Source: an uncultured Candidatus Saccharibacteria bacterium (GTDB lineage Bacteria > Patescibacteriota > Minisyncoccia > Phycocordibacterales > WO2-35-19). Taken from it: a DNA stretch of 64,000 bases. The position numbers and the translations under genes are program-made. Shown here in pieces: positions 46,349 through 57,095 of the stretch (positions within the stretch are counted from its first letter, which is position 1; each line of letters starts with the position of its first letter). The stretch is taken from assembly GCA_964548205.1 (NCBI GenBank), contig CAZJPJ010000002.1, positions 69,737 through 133,736 of the forward strand, written 5' to 3'. The notes under the pieces were generated by a model. It was not told the DNA's origin and did no database searches. It worked only from the letters and a program-made list of their open reading frames with translations.

Positions 46349-48100
46349 TTAATTGCTTGCAAACATACTCCAGACTCTATTTGTCTCTATATACCAATCT
46401 GACAAATATCTATATCTGTCATGGGTAGAGGATACTTTGTCTAAGCTTACGTTCTTTATATCTTCACTATAAAGGTATGTATAGTTTGGACTAAATAAGA
46501 ATATTGCAGGTATATCTGAAACTATTTCTTCGTTTAGTTGTTTTGTTTTCTCACTCAATTCAGTGTTACTAGCAGAATTCCTCAACTCCTCTAATATCTT
46601 ATCTGTGGTAATGTTTGCATACATTGCAATATTTAGCCCTGGATCGTTTCTTTGGGATGAATGCCAGAAAGTATACAGATCGCTTTCTGAGTTTACCACC
46701 TCACCAAACAGCAGGGCATCATATTTTCTCGGTCTGATGACATTTTGGTTTAGGTCACTTGTCTCAAATATTTCTACTTTTACTTTGGCTCCTATTTTGC
46801 CCCAGCTAGACTTTATGATTTCAGCAACTTTTTTCAGATCAGAATTGTCAGAAGTAGCTATAGAAAACTGCAAAACTTCAGTTCCGGATTTAGTTTTCTT
46901 TGACATTATACCATCTTCGCCTATTTGCCAACCAGCATCTAAGAGTATTTTTTTGGCTTGCTCATATATCTCCTCGGTCTCATTCTCTGTTAAATCTCTA
47001 GAGAATTGAGGTAAAATACCAGTAATTACAGAACCTCTCCCTCTTAGCACTTCATTTACTATAGTATTCTTGGGGGTGGCGGTTTCAAGTGCGAGGCGAA
47101 CTTCTTTGTGGAGTAGTGTTTGGGCATTATTTTGGTTAAAAAATATACCGAATACTCTGGGCAAGGAAGAGCTTATAGCTTTTTCTGATTGCGATGTCTC
47201 AACCTTGTCGCCGGATGATAGAATTGCATTAGATACCTCATTTGTTTGAATGGCTTTATGCAAAGCTTCCTCATTTTGATAAAACTTAAACAGTACATTT
47301 TGTACCTTATAAGGTAGAGCTGTGTACTTCTTCGACAGTTCAAGACTAATACTTGTAGGTATGCCGGCTGAATTTTTCTTTACTGACACAATCTTGTAGG
47401 GTCCACTTCCAATAGGATCAATATTGAGAGGGCTGAATGGAAACTCTTCAGAAGTTGCACTTTGCCATATATGTTTTGGTAGTATGCCAAAAGTCAGCGT
47501 ATCAAGAAAGTTTGATTTTTTTTCGGGAAGAATAAACTTCACTGTCCTTTGGTCTATTTTTTCTATAGAAACTTTGTCAAAAGTGGATTCCTTTGGGCTT
47601 TTTATTATAGGATCTCTTGCTTTTTCTACGGTAAAGATTACATCATCACTTGTGACGGGAAAATTGTCATGAAAAACAGCATCTTCGCTTATGGTTACAG
47701 TATATTGCAATCCATCTTCAGATACTTCGATATTGCTTGCCATGTCGTTGATGATTTTCCTACTATTTTGATATCTGGTTAGACCTGAATATATAAGTGA
47801 TGCTATAGATTTGTCTGTATCCGAGATTGCAAGCACTGGGTTCAAAAACCGAGGTGATCCTACGATTCCTTCTGTTATCCTGCCTCCGACTGCTGGGACC
47901 TCTGTAAGAAAGTAATTGTTTACATTTAAAAGGAGGATCGCCCCACTTATTGTCATCGTTATTGCAAAAATAATAAACCAAGTTTTCTCGCTAATAGAAA
48001 AACTTGCAAATATCCTTTTGAAAACCTTTTCTAGCCGACTTTCTTTGGGGTTTTCAAATATAGCCTCGAAAAAGCCAATCAGCACTTTATTTAACTTCAT
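46349..48100 (-). CDS. ABC transporter substrate-binding protein, family 5 (OppA/DppA-like), membrane-anchored
   Basis: 583 aa with N-terminal TM helix and SBP_bac_5-like layout. Confidence 0.75.
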   Translation of the reverse strand: MKLNKVLIGFFEAIFENPKESRLEKVFKRIFASFSISEKTWFIIFAITMTISGAILLLNVNNYFLTEVPAVGGRITEGIVGSPRFLNPVLAISDTDKSIASLIYSGLTRYQNSRKIINDMASNIEVSEDGLQYTVTISEDAVFHDNFPVTSDDVIFTVEKARDPIIKSPKESTFDKVSIEKIDQRTVKFILPEKKSNFLDTLTFGILPKHIWQSATSEEFPFSPLNIDPIGSGPYKIVSVKKNSAGIPTSISLELSKKYTALPYKVQNVLFKFYQNEEALHKAIQTNEVSNAILSSGDKVETSQSEKAISSSLPRVFGIFFNQNNAQTLLHKEVRLALETATPKNTIVNEVLRGRGSVITGILPQFSRDLTENETEEIYEQAKKILLDAGWQIGEDGIMSKKTKSGTEVLQFSIATSDNSDLKKVAEIIKSSWGKIGAKVKVEIFETSDLNQNVIRPRKYDALLFGEVVNSESDLYTFWHSSQRNDPGLNIAMYANITTDKILEELRNSASNTELSEKTKQLNEEIVSDIPAIFLFSPNYTYLYSEDIKNVSLDKVSSTHDRYRYLSDWYIETNRVWSMFASN

Positions 48101-48176
48101 TTACTTTAGTTTTATTTTGGGGGGTTGCTTCTCTAGAATCAAAGAGGTGTTTCTGCTCAGAAAATAACGCTTTTAA

Positions 48177-48386
48177 TTATAACAAGTTCATTAATGTAGA
48201 TGCAACAAACAATATAGCTACTATGATAGTTATCCTAAATATCTGCAATTCCGCGCCTCTTCTGGTATGAGTAATAGCATCACCCGAGTCAGAACCAAAA
48301 GCACTCCCTAGTGATCCTTCAGATTGTTGAAGCAGTATGAGGGCCCCCAGTATCAAGCCTAGTATTATTTGTATGTAAGTAAGCAT
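48177..48386 (-). CDS. secG: Preprotein translocase subunit SecG
   Basis: 69 aa, two TM helices flanking the Gly-rich LLQQSEGSLGSAFGS loop. Confidence 0.65.
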   Translation of the reverse strand: MLTYIQIILGLILGALILLQQSEGSLGSAFGSDSGDAITHTRRGAELQIFRITIIVAILFVASTLMNLL

Positions 48387-48531
48387 CTTGTGGAGGGTAT
48401 AGTAGCACTAAACAGCAATACTTGCAAATGCAAGATAAAAACATTAGGAGGGTGGTGTCAAGTTTATTTTTTTGACAAATGGCTTATAATGTGGGCGCAA
48501 GCAGATTTTTTATTAACTAAAAAAATTCTAT

Positions 48532-48903
48532 ATGAAGAAGATAAAACCAAAGTCGACAAGCAAAAGTAAGGTCACAAAAAAAACAGTTTTAAACAAACAG
48601 ATCAGCTTTGGAATGACACCTCTTCAAGATAGGGTTATTCTTAAACCTATAGTTTCGGAAGATCTAGTTAAGAAAACAGCCTCGGGGATCATTATTCCTG
48701 ATACCGTGTCTAAGGAAAAGCCAGAGCAGGGTGTGGTTGTTGCCGTTGGGGAAGGTAAGGTCGTTGACGGCAAACTTGTAAAAGTTGCATTATCTATAGG
48801 AGACAGAGTTGTGTTTTCGAGATATGGCTATGATGAGGTCAAACATGATGATGAGGATTTTTATATTGTAAAAGAGGAAAATATACTAGCTGTTATCAAA
48901 TAA
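48532..48903 (+). CDS. groES: Co-chaperonin GroES
   Basis: [10 protein letters not shown]...[14 protein letters not shown]...[10 protein letters not shown]...[19 protein letters not shown] track includes a ~25-aa basic N-terminal extension, and a later start is possible. Confidence 0.85.
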   Translation: MKKIKPKSTSKSKVTKKTVLNKQISFGMTPLQDRVILKPIVSEDLVKKTASGIIIPDTVSKEKPEQGVVVAVGEGKVVDGKLVKVALSIGDRVVFSRYGYDEVKHDDEDFYIVKEENILAVIK

Positions 48904-48932
48904 CAGCTAAGTCTAAAGCAGAAAGTTTATAA

Positions 48933-50585
<1,653 letters not shown>

Positions 50586-50789
50586 TATAAAAGACTTGTA
50601 TTTATATGCTATAATACTCTTATGCATATAATGAGAGTATTGATTTTCGCCTCTTTTTCAGCTTTATGTGCAGCTGTTATTATTCTTTATACTGATTATT
50701 TATTTCCTCCAGATGAGTCTGCGGTTAGTTGTCCGTTTTATGACCAAAGCTGCCAAGAATTATTGAAGATATAATTAACATAAACTAAA

Positions 50790-51338
50790 ATGAATCTAGT
50801 ATTACTTGCAATATTCATAGTTGTTATACTCTGGTTCGTCTTGTCTTACAACAGGTTTGTAGCTCTAATGAATAGAGTAAAGGAAGCATGGAGTGATATA
50901 GAAGTACAGATGAAAAGGCGTTATGATTTGATCCCGAACCTTGTTGAAACAGTCAAGGGTTATGCCTCTCATGAACAAAATACACTGGATAAAGTAATAA
51001 AGGCAAGAAATATGGCTATGCAAGCTACCAGTACAAACGAGCACGCAGAAGCTGAAAATATGCTATCCGGCACTCTAAAGTCTCTTTTTGCTCTTTCTGA
51101 AAATTATCCAGACTTGAAAGCGAATCAGAATTTTTTGGAGTTACAGCGCGAACTTTCAGATACTGAAAACAAGATACAAGCTGCTCGACGGTTTTATAAT
51201 ACAAATGTAAAAGATCTAAACATCACAGTAGGATCATTTCCTTCTAATCTAATCGCAAGCATTTTCGGGTTCAAACAGATGGATTTCTTTGAGCTAAATG
51301 AAGAAGCGGCAAAAGAGCCAGTAAAAGTTCAGTTTTAA
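50790..51338 (+). CDS. lemA: LemA family protein
   Basis: N-terminal TM helix, then YNRFVALMNRVKEAWSDIEVQMKRRYDLIPNLVETVKGYASHE, the LemA signature. Confidence 0.85.
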   Translation: MNLVLLAIFIVVILWFVLSYNRFVALMNRVKEAWSDIEVQMKRRYDLIPNLVETVKGYASHEQNTLDKVIKARNMAMQATSTNEHAEAENMLSGTLKSLFALSENYPDLKANQNFLELQRELSDTENKIQAARRFYNTNVKDLNITVGSFPSNLIASIFGFKQMDFFELNEEAAKEPVKVQF

Positions 51339-51360
51339 ATTAAAATTAATACCCAAGTAT

Positions 51361-51648
51361 ATGAACGAAACAAACACAAGCAACGCTACTAGTGATTCAG
51401 TATCTGACAACACAAAAAATGTCGTCATATATTCGACCCCAACATGTCATTTTTGCCATATGGCCAAGGAGTTCTTTGCTGCAAATGGTATAAAGTATAC
51501 AGATTATGATGTCCTTTCAGATATCGAAAAAAGGCAAGAAATGGTACAAAAATCTGGTCAATTAGGTGTACCGGTAATATTGATAGGCGACAACGTGACT
51601 GTCGGGTTTGATGAACCAAAGATTAGGGAGCTTTTAGGCATAATGTAA
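51361..51648 (+). CDS. Glutaredoxin/NrdH-like redoxin
   Basis: VVIYSTPTCHFCHMAKEFF (CxxC) and GVPVILIGD (cis-Pro). 95 aa. Confidence 0.7.
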   Translation: MNETNTSNATSDSVSDNTKNVVIYSTPTCHFCHMAKEFFAANGIKYTDYDVLSDIEKRQEMVQKSGQLGVPVILIGDNVTVGFDEPKIRELLGIM

Positions 51649-51650
51649 CT

Positions 51651-51896
51651 ATGACTCCAGAAGAGAAACAGATAATAAAGAAAACCCTTGAGCTTGCCGA
51701 AGAAAATAACAGGATGCTCAAGTCTATAAAGCGCCAAATGTTTTGGGGTAAAGTGTATAGGATAGTATACTGGGCCATAATTCTCGGTACGGCTGTTGGT
51801 TTGTATTATTATATAGACCCTTACATAAGCGAAGCTATAAACGCCTACGGAGGCCTTAAAGGTGATCTGCGAAGCTTTGGAGATCTGATCAAATAG
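51651..51896 (+). CDS. Small hypothetical membrane protein
   Basis: 81 aa with one TM helix. Start is 3 nt after the redoxin stop. Confidence 0.4.
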   Translation: MTPEEKQIIKKTLELAEENNRMLKSIKRQMFWGKVYRIVYWAIILGTAVGLYYYIDPYISEAINAYGGLKGDLRSFGDLIK

Positions 51897-51902
51897 ATTT
51901 TT

Positions 51903-52277
51903 CTAGAAATCTAATTTTGTTCCTTTGTATGAGAGTGCCTCCTCCAAGAATCCCTGATCACTTTTTGTGCTGTGTTCTATAATGTGACAATTTGCACATA
52001 GTAATTTACATTTTTTAACTTCTGATTTTATGGAATTCCAACTCTTGTTTGCCGCATTCCCTATAATAAAATTTTTTTTACCTGGGTCTAGATGATGAAA
52101 TTGTAATCCGGCTTGATCTTCTTTCCAGCCACAACGTTGACATTTACCTCCTAAAAGTTTAATCGCTGCAGCTTTAGCTCTGAATCGCCTAATTTTTGTG
52201 TTACAAGATCCACACCTTGTTCTATTTCTACTCTCGTAGTTTTTGATTTTATTACGGCACAACTTACAAGTCTTCAT
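51903..52277 (-). CDS. HNH endonuclease
   Basis: Cys-rich zinc-finger region and HNH core (LQFHHLDPGKKNF...LLCANCHIIEH). Confidence 0.7.
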   Translation of the reverse strand: MKTCKLCRNKIKNYESRNRTRCGSCNTKIRRFRAKAAAIKLLGGKCQRCGWKEDQAGLQFHHLDPGKKNFIIGNAANKSWNSIKSEVKKCKLLCANCHIIEHSTKSDQGFLEEALSYKGTKLDF

Positions 52278-52359
52278 TTTTTCAGTATAACATCTAGTGT
52301 TCTACCAATAGAATAATTTGTTGAAAAAGTAGTAATTTATTGATACTCTGTAGTCACAT

Positions 52360-52436
52360 GCCGGGGTAGCTCAGTTGGTAGTAGCGCTCCCCTGAAGAGG
52401 GATAGGTCGGCGGTTCAAGTCCGCCCCCCGGCACCA
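52360..52436 (+). tRNA. tRNA-Phe (anticodon GAA) with encoded CCA
   Basis: Acceptor gccgggg/ccccggc, D-arm gctc-agttggtag-tagc, anticodon loop ctGAAga, T-arm ggcgg-ttcaagt-ccgcc, discriminator A, CCA. Confidence 0.85.
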
Positions 52437-52482
52437 TAACCAAACAAAAATTTCAAATATCATTTTAGAAACAACTAAATAT

Positions 52483-53409
52483 GTGGTTAAAAATTCTGAT
52501 TTCGTCAAAATCAATCATGGAAAAGTTGAAGAATTTTCCAATAGTTTTGACCATGGTCAGGTGGCACATTGGCTTAGTGCTGCACCCTACGATTTTTCAC
52601 ATTTGAATGATGAGGATAAATTGCATTTTGTTTTTCTTTTTAACGCGCTAAGTTTTTCATATTGGGGCAATCCAAAATGGGCGGTTGCACATAAAGACAA
52701 AGAGCATGATGGCTCATGGGGCATGATTCTTGCGCTTGGGCGTAGTCTTGATGAAGGTACAAAACTTTTAGATTTTAAGTATTGTTCTCAAATCTCTAAA
52801 CAAGAGTTTTCAAAAATTTTGCGAGGTAATGTTGTCATTCCTTTACTAGAAGAAAGATGGAAGATTTTACGTGAAATTGGAACAAATATGGTTGCAAAAT
52901 ATGGTGGAAAAGTTAGCAACCTTACCAAGGAAGCTGGGGGAGATGCACAAAAACTTGTCGAGCTAATAGTTAAAAATTTTCCATCTTTCTCTGATACTTC
53001 TTCTTTTAAAGACAGGGAAATTTATTTCTACAAAAGAGCTCAGTTGTTTGTTGCAGATATTTATCAATTATTTAAGGGTAATAATTTCGCTGCGGTAAAA
53101 AATATTGATCAACTAACAGCATGTGCCGACTATAAACTACCGCAAATTCTCAGAAAGGTGGGGATTCTGGAGTATGCGACTGAACTTGCGGAAAGAATAG
53201 ATAACAAGATTGAAATTAACCATGATTCACAAGAAGAGCTGGAAATACGAGCAAACACGATATGGGCAGTAGAGAGCATTAAAGAAAAAGCGAAGGAACA
53301 TAATCCTCGAGTCTTGTCTTTTGAAATAAATGACCATCTCTGGTTATTAACACAACAAAAAGTGGCAGGCGAAAAACCTTATCACTTAACACGGACTACA
53401 GCTTATTAA
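52483..53409 (+). CDS. DUF2419/Qng1-like protein (queuosine-salvage hydrolase family candidate)
   Basis: 308 aa. Pattern FYKRAQLFVADIYQLF and general similarity to C9orf64/Qng1 family. Assignment from memory, moderate. Confidence 0.5.
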   Translation: MVKNSDFVKINHGKVEEFSNSFDHGQVAHWLSAAPYDFSHLNDEDKLHFVFLFNALSFSYWGNPKWAVAHKDKEHDGSWGMILALGRSLDEGTKLLDFKYCSQISKQEFSKILRGNVVIPLLEERWKILREIGTNMVAKYGGKVSNLTKEAGGDAQKLVELIVKNFPSFSDTSSFKDREIYFYKRAQLFVADIYQLFKGNNFAAVKNIDQLTACADYKLPQILRKVGILEYATELAERIDNKIEINHDSQEELEIRANTIWAVESIKEKAKEHNPRVLSFEINDHLWLLTQQKVAGEKPYHLTRTTAY

Positions 53410-53415
53410 TGAAAA

Positions 53416-53886
53416 CTAACCCTTAACTTTAAGTCTCGTTTGCCTGTTTTTATCTAGTTTTGGAAGCTTTATTATCAGAAGGCCGTGCTTTTCTACCGCA
53501 TCGGCGGCGTCTACATCTATCTCTTGTGGCAATACTATAGTTCGAGAAAAAGAACCCCAATAAAGCTCTCTATGGAAGAAGTCCTCTTCGCTTATAGTTC
53601 TTTCAGTTTCTCTTTTGCCCTTTATTGTTACCATATCTCTCGAAATAGATATATCAAGATCTTCTGGCTTTACACCAGCTACCATAGATTTTATAACTAT
53701 TTCATTTGGGTTCTGAAATACGTCAACACTGAGTTCCCCCTCTTCTTGGGTTTCTTCAAGCCACCCGCTTTGACTTTGAGGTATTGCATAAGTCTCTGTC
53801 TCCAATTCTTCATCTTCGGGTAAGGAGACAGATCCTGTTATTCTATCGAAGAATGACTTTTTTGCTCTGTTTTTTGATCCAAACAT
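53416..53886 (-). CDS. Hsp20/alpha-crystallin family small heat-shock protein
   Basis: Alpha-crystallin domain (VDVFQNPNEIVIKSMVAGVKPEDLDISISRDMVTIKG...GLLIIKLPK). Confidence 0.8.
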   Translation of the reverse strand: MFGSKNRAKKSFFDRITGSVSLPEDEELETETYAIPQSQSGWLEETQEEGELSVDVFQNPNEIVIKSMVAGVKPEDLDISISRDMVTIKGKRETERTISEEDFFHRELYWGSFSRTIVLPQEIDVDAADAVEKHGLLIIKLPKLDKNRQTRLKVKG

Positions 53887-53891
53887 ATATT

Positions 53892-54578
53892 TTATTTAAG
53901 CCTTGTCCTTTTTACCTTTTCGATCCACACAATTATGAAGGTAAGTAGTAGCCACAACCCTGCGAATACTAAGAATATTCCTTGTTCAGATCTAATTATA
54001 AGCAAATTAAAGAGAGAGTGCAATACTATAGCGATAATCAGTCCGATGAAAAGCGCAAGCTCCTTTTTAAGAGTACTTCTATAGAAATAAAGTGCATAAA
54101 GTATACCTACGACGGCTGAAGATGCTGTGTGTAGCAGTGTTGCACCTACAAATCTCATGTTACCGGTTATAAAAGTTTGTAGGAGGAGTCCGTTGTCAAC
54201 TATGTTCCATAAGAAAAAAGTGTTTTCGAGTGCAGAGAACCCTAATGCCCCCGTTATCATGTAGATAACAGCGTCTATTGGTTCATCTGTGTCTTTGTTG
54301 TGTATAGCTATGAAATATACAGCAGCGAATTTGCATATTTCTTCTACGGCAGACCATAGAATTATGGTAGCAGGACGTAAGTCGCCGATAAAACCATATA
54401 TTAATTTTTCTATAGGGAGCACTACAAGTACTGACACCATACCCCCAAAAAAAGTAAGAGCAAGCCTGTTTTTTGGCTCAGGGTGTAACTTGTCCTCTTG
54501 AAGCCAAAACCAGAGCCATAGAAGGGTTGGTATTATTCCCAGTACTATAGCAAACGCTACTCTAATGTTTATGTCCAT
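53892..54578 (-). CDS. PrsW-family intramembrane protease
   Basis: Multi-TM protein with EEICKF (EExxK) and FVGATLLHTASSAVVG (F-x3-H) motifs. Confidence 0.6.
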   Translation of the reverse strand: MDINIRVAFAIVLGIIPTLLWLWFWLQEDKLHPEPKNRLALTFFGGMVSVLVVLPIEKLIYGFIGDLRPATIILWSAVEEICKFAAVYFIAIHNKDTDEPIDAVIYMITGALGFSALENTFFLWNIVDNGLLLQTFITGNMRFVGATLLHTASSAVVGILYALYFYRSTLKKELALFIGLIIAIVLHSLFNLLIIRSEQGIFLVFAGLWLLLTFIIVWIEKVKRTRLK

Positions 54579-54588
54579 TATTTAAATT

Positions 54589-56715
54589 TTATATTTTTAT
54601 TGGCCATTTTTCTATAATCAACAAGTTTTTCCTGTTTGGCAACATACCCCATATCTTCTCTGTCACAAATGGCATGAAAGGGTGCAAGATTTTCAACTGT
54701 TCTTCAAGTAAGTGTCGAAGTAGAATTTGAGCGGATCTCTTGTCCTTTTCTTCCTTTATTCTTGTTTTGCAATTCTCGATAATTACATCTGCAAAAGTGT
54801 GCCAAAAGTAGTGATAAATTTTTTCAGCTGCAAAATATAGGCGATAATTTTCCAGATCGTTTGTTATATCTTTTACCACTGCTTCAAACTCTGCCAGTAT
54901 CTCTCGGTCTGACTCAATTAGTGTAGCAGGGTCATGGGCCCCGTCGGCTCCTTTTTCTGTATTTTCAAGTACAAAACGGGAAGCATTCCATATCTTGTTT
55001 GCAAAATGTTTGTAACCCTTTACTTTATCTTCACTTAGGTTTAAATCATTACCTGGAGGGTTGCCTACTATAAGCGCCATACGCAACGCGTCAGCTCCAT
55101 ATTTGTTTATCAGGTCTACTGGGTCTATTATGTTGCCAAGCGATTTGGACATTTTTCTTCCTTGATAGTCTCTAACCAAGCCATGTAGATATACTGTTCT
55201 AAATGGTATTGTGCCCACTAGATATTTGGACATAAGTATCATTCTGGCTACCCAGAAGAATATTATGTCGTAACCTGTCTCAAGTAGGTCTGTTGGGTGG
55301 AATCTTTTCAAATCATCTGTGCGTTCTGGCCAGCCCAGTGTAGAGAAGGTCCAAAGACCAGACGAGAACCATGTATCCAAGGTGTCTTCATCTTGTAACC
55401 AACCTTCTCCTTGGGGGGCTTCTGTTCCTACATATGCTTCATCAGTACGGTACCAGACTGGTATTCTGTGTCCGTACCATATTTGTCTGCTTATACACCA
55501 ATCTTTTAGGTTGTTTATCCATTCAAAATAAACTCTTTCATACCTGTCGGGTACAAACTTTATGCCATCTACCCTCACGGCTTCGATCATAAGTTCTTTT
55601 AGGCTCTTTCCCCAGATATTAGACTTTTTATTTACACTTACAAACCATTGAAGTTTGATCTGGGGTTCTATGATTCCTCCAGATCTCTCAGCTGTGGACA
55701 CTTGGTGGGTATAGTCTTCTTCTTTTACCAGCAAGCCTTTATTTTTTAGCTTCTCTACGATTTTCTCTCTTGCTTCGCCAATCTTCATTCCGGCAAATTC
55801 ACCTGCTATAGGGAGAAGTTTTCCTGTCTCGTCGATTATCTGTTCTTTATCCAAGCCGTGGCGTTCAGCTATATCAAAATCTATACTGCTGTGCCAAGGA
55901 GTTATAGTCATAGCACCTGTCCCAAATTCCATGTCTATTACCTCATCTTTTATAATGGTGGCCTTAATTTTCCCATTTATCCATTCGAGCTCGAATTGGT
56001 CTCCATGTTTGAAGTTTGCATACCTACTATCTTTCGGGTGCACCACTACGTATTTATCGCCGAATTTTGTTTCTGGCCTTGCTGTACCTATAACAAATGG
56101 TCCGTATTTGAAATAATAAAACTTTGTCTTTTCTTCTATATAAACAAGTTCGTCATCTGATATGGTTGTCTGACCTTTGGGATCCCAGTTTACGATACGG
56201 TGTCCACGGTATATGAGTCCATCTTCGTACATTTTGGTAAACGCTGTTCTCACTGCCAGACTTCTTTTTTTATCCAAGGTAAAGGCTTCTCTTGACCAAT
56301 CTACTGATGCGCCCATTTTTTTGATTTGATGAACTATGGTGTCATGACTCTCTTGGGCGAATTGATCCACTCTTGTCAGGAAAGCCTCTCTGCCTAGATC
56401 ACGTTTATTAAGCTTTTCCTTTGAGATCTCTTTTTCCACCTTAGATTGGGTGGCTATAGCTGCGTGATCAGTGCCAGGCAACCACAAGGTTGCTTTACCG
56501 AGCATTCGCTGAAATCGTACTATTATGTCTTCTACTACCAACATAAGAGCGTGTCCAGTGTGCAGTGTACCTGTAACATTGGGCGGCGGGAGTACTATTG
56601 AAAATCTCTCCGCCTCATCAGCACTTGGTTCAAAATATCGACCCTTATGCCAAGAAGAGTAAATCAGCTCTTCGTTCGAGCTTGGGTCGTATGGCCTTTT
56701 TATTTCCTCGTTCAT
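54589..56715 (-). CDS. valS: Valine--tRNA ligase (compact form)
   Basis: PPPNVTGTLHTGHAL (HIGH region, ValRS-type PPPNVTG context) and KMSKSLGN. 708 aa, shorter than typical ValRS. Confidence 0.8.
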   Translation of the reverse strand: MNEEIKRPYDPSSNEELIYSSWHKGRYFEPSADEAERFSIVLPPPNVTGTLHTGHALMLVVEDIIVRFQRMLGKATLWLPGTDHAAIATQSKVEKEISKEKLNKRDLGREAFLTRVDQFAQESHDTIVHQIKKMGASVDWSREAFTLDKKRSLAVRTAFTKMYEDGLIYRGHRIVNWDPKGQTTISDDELVYIEEKTKFYYFKYGPFVIGTARPETKFGDKYVVVHPKDSRYANFKHGDQFELEWINGKIKATIIKDEVIDMEFGTGAMTITPWHSSIDFDIAERHGLDKEQIIDETGKLLPIAGEFAGMKIGEAREKIVEKLKNKGLLVKEEDYTHQVSTAERSGGIIEPQIKLQWFVSVNKKSNIWGKSLKELMIEAVRVDGIKFVPDRYERVYFEWINNLKDWCISRQIWYGHRIPVWYRTDEAYVGTEAPQGEGWLQDEDTLDTWFSSGLWTFSTLGWPERTDDLKRFHPTDLLETGYDIIFFWVARMILMSKYLVGTIPFRTVYLHGLVRDYQGRKMSKSLGNIIDPVDLINKYGADALRMALIVGNPPGNDLNLSEDKVKGYKHFANKIWNASRFVLENTEKGADGAHDPATLIESDREILAEFEAVVKDITNDLENYRLYFAAEKIYHYFWHTFADVIIENCKTRIKEEKDKRSAQILLRHLLEEQLKILHPFMPFVTEKIWGMLPNRKNLLIIEKWPIKI

Positions 56716-56957
56716 TTGTATCTGTAGTGTTTATTGACTAAGTTTAGCTTAAAGTCACAATATTGTAAAAATGTCCTTTATATATTCTATATGACCTATA
56801 AGAGTATTGTGGCTATTTTAAGGCGTAAAAACGTCCTATAAAAGACAATGTTTTCAAAGGACAATCATTGAATTTGTGTCACATTATGTTTTAAGCAAAA
56901 AACCCCCTTATATTTCAACGTATTCTAGGAATATGGATTCAGTTGACCTTTAGGGGG

Positions 56958-57000
56958 TATTTGTCAAATACTTGACAAATTTTGTCAAATGTACTAAGAT
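56958..57000 (+). promoter_or_regulatory. Promoter (TTGACA-N17-TAAGAT) overlapped by a 9-4-9 palindrome and a third direct half-site
   Basis: atttgtcaa-atac-ttgacaaat palindrome at 56958-56979 includes the -35 ttgaca (56972-56977). tttgtcaaat is repeated at 56981-56990. The -10 taagat is at 56995-57000. Confidence 0.45.
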
Positions 57001-57095
57001 ATATGAGTAAGTTATTTGTGTTGTCTTTTACTATGGGGTTTCAAACTTTCATGGCTGACAATGATTTGTTATAAGTAAATTGTATTAGAAATTGT

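Noticed and set aside
48390-48531. CIRCE (HrcA operator) upstream of groES
   Set aside because: TAGCACT is present at ~48410, but there is no matching GAGTGCTAA arm 9 bp away.
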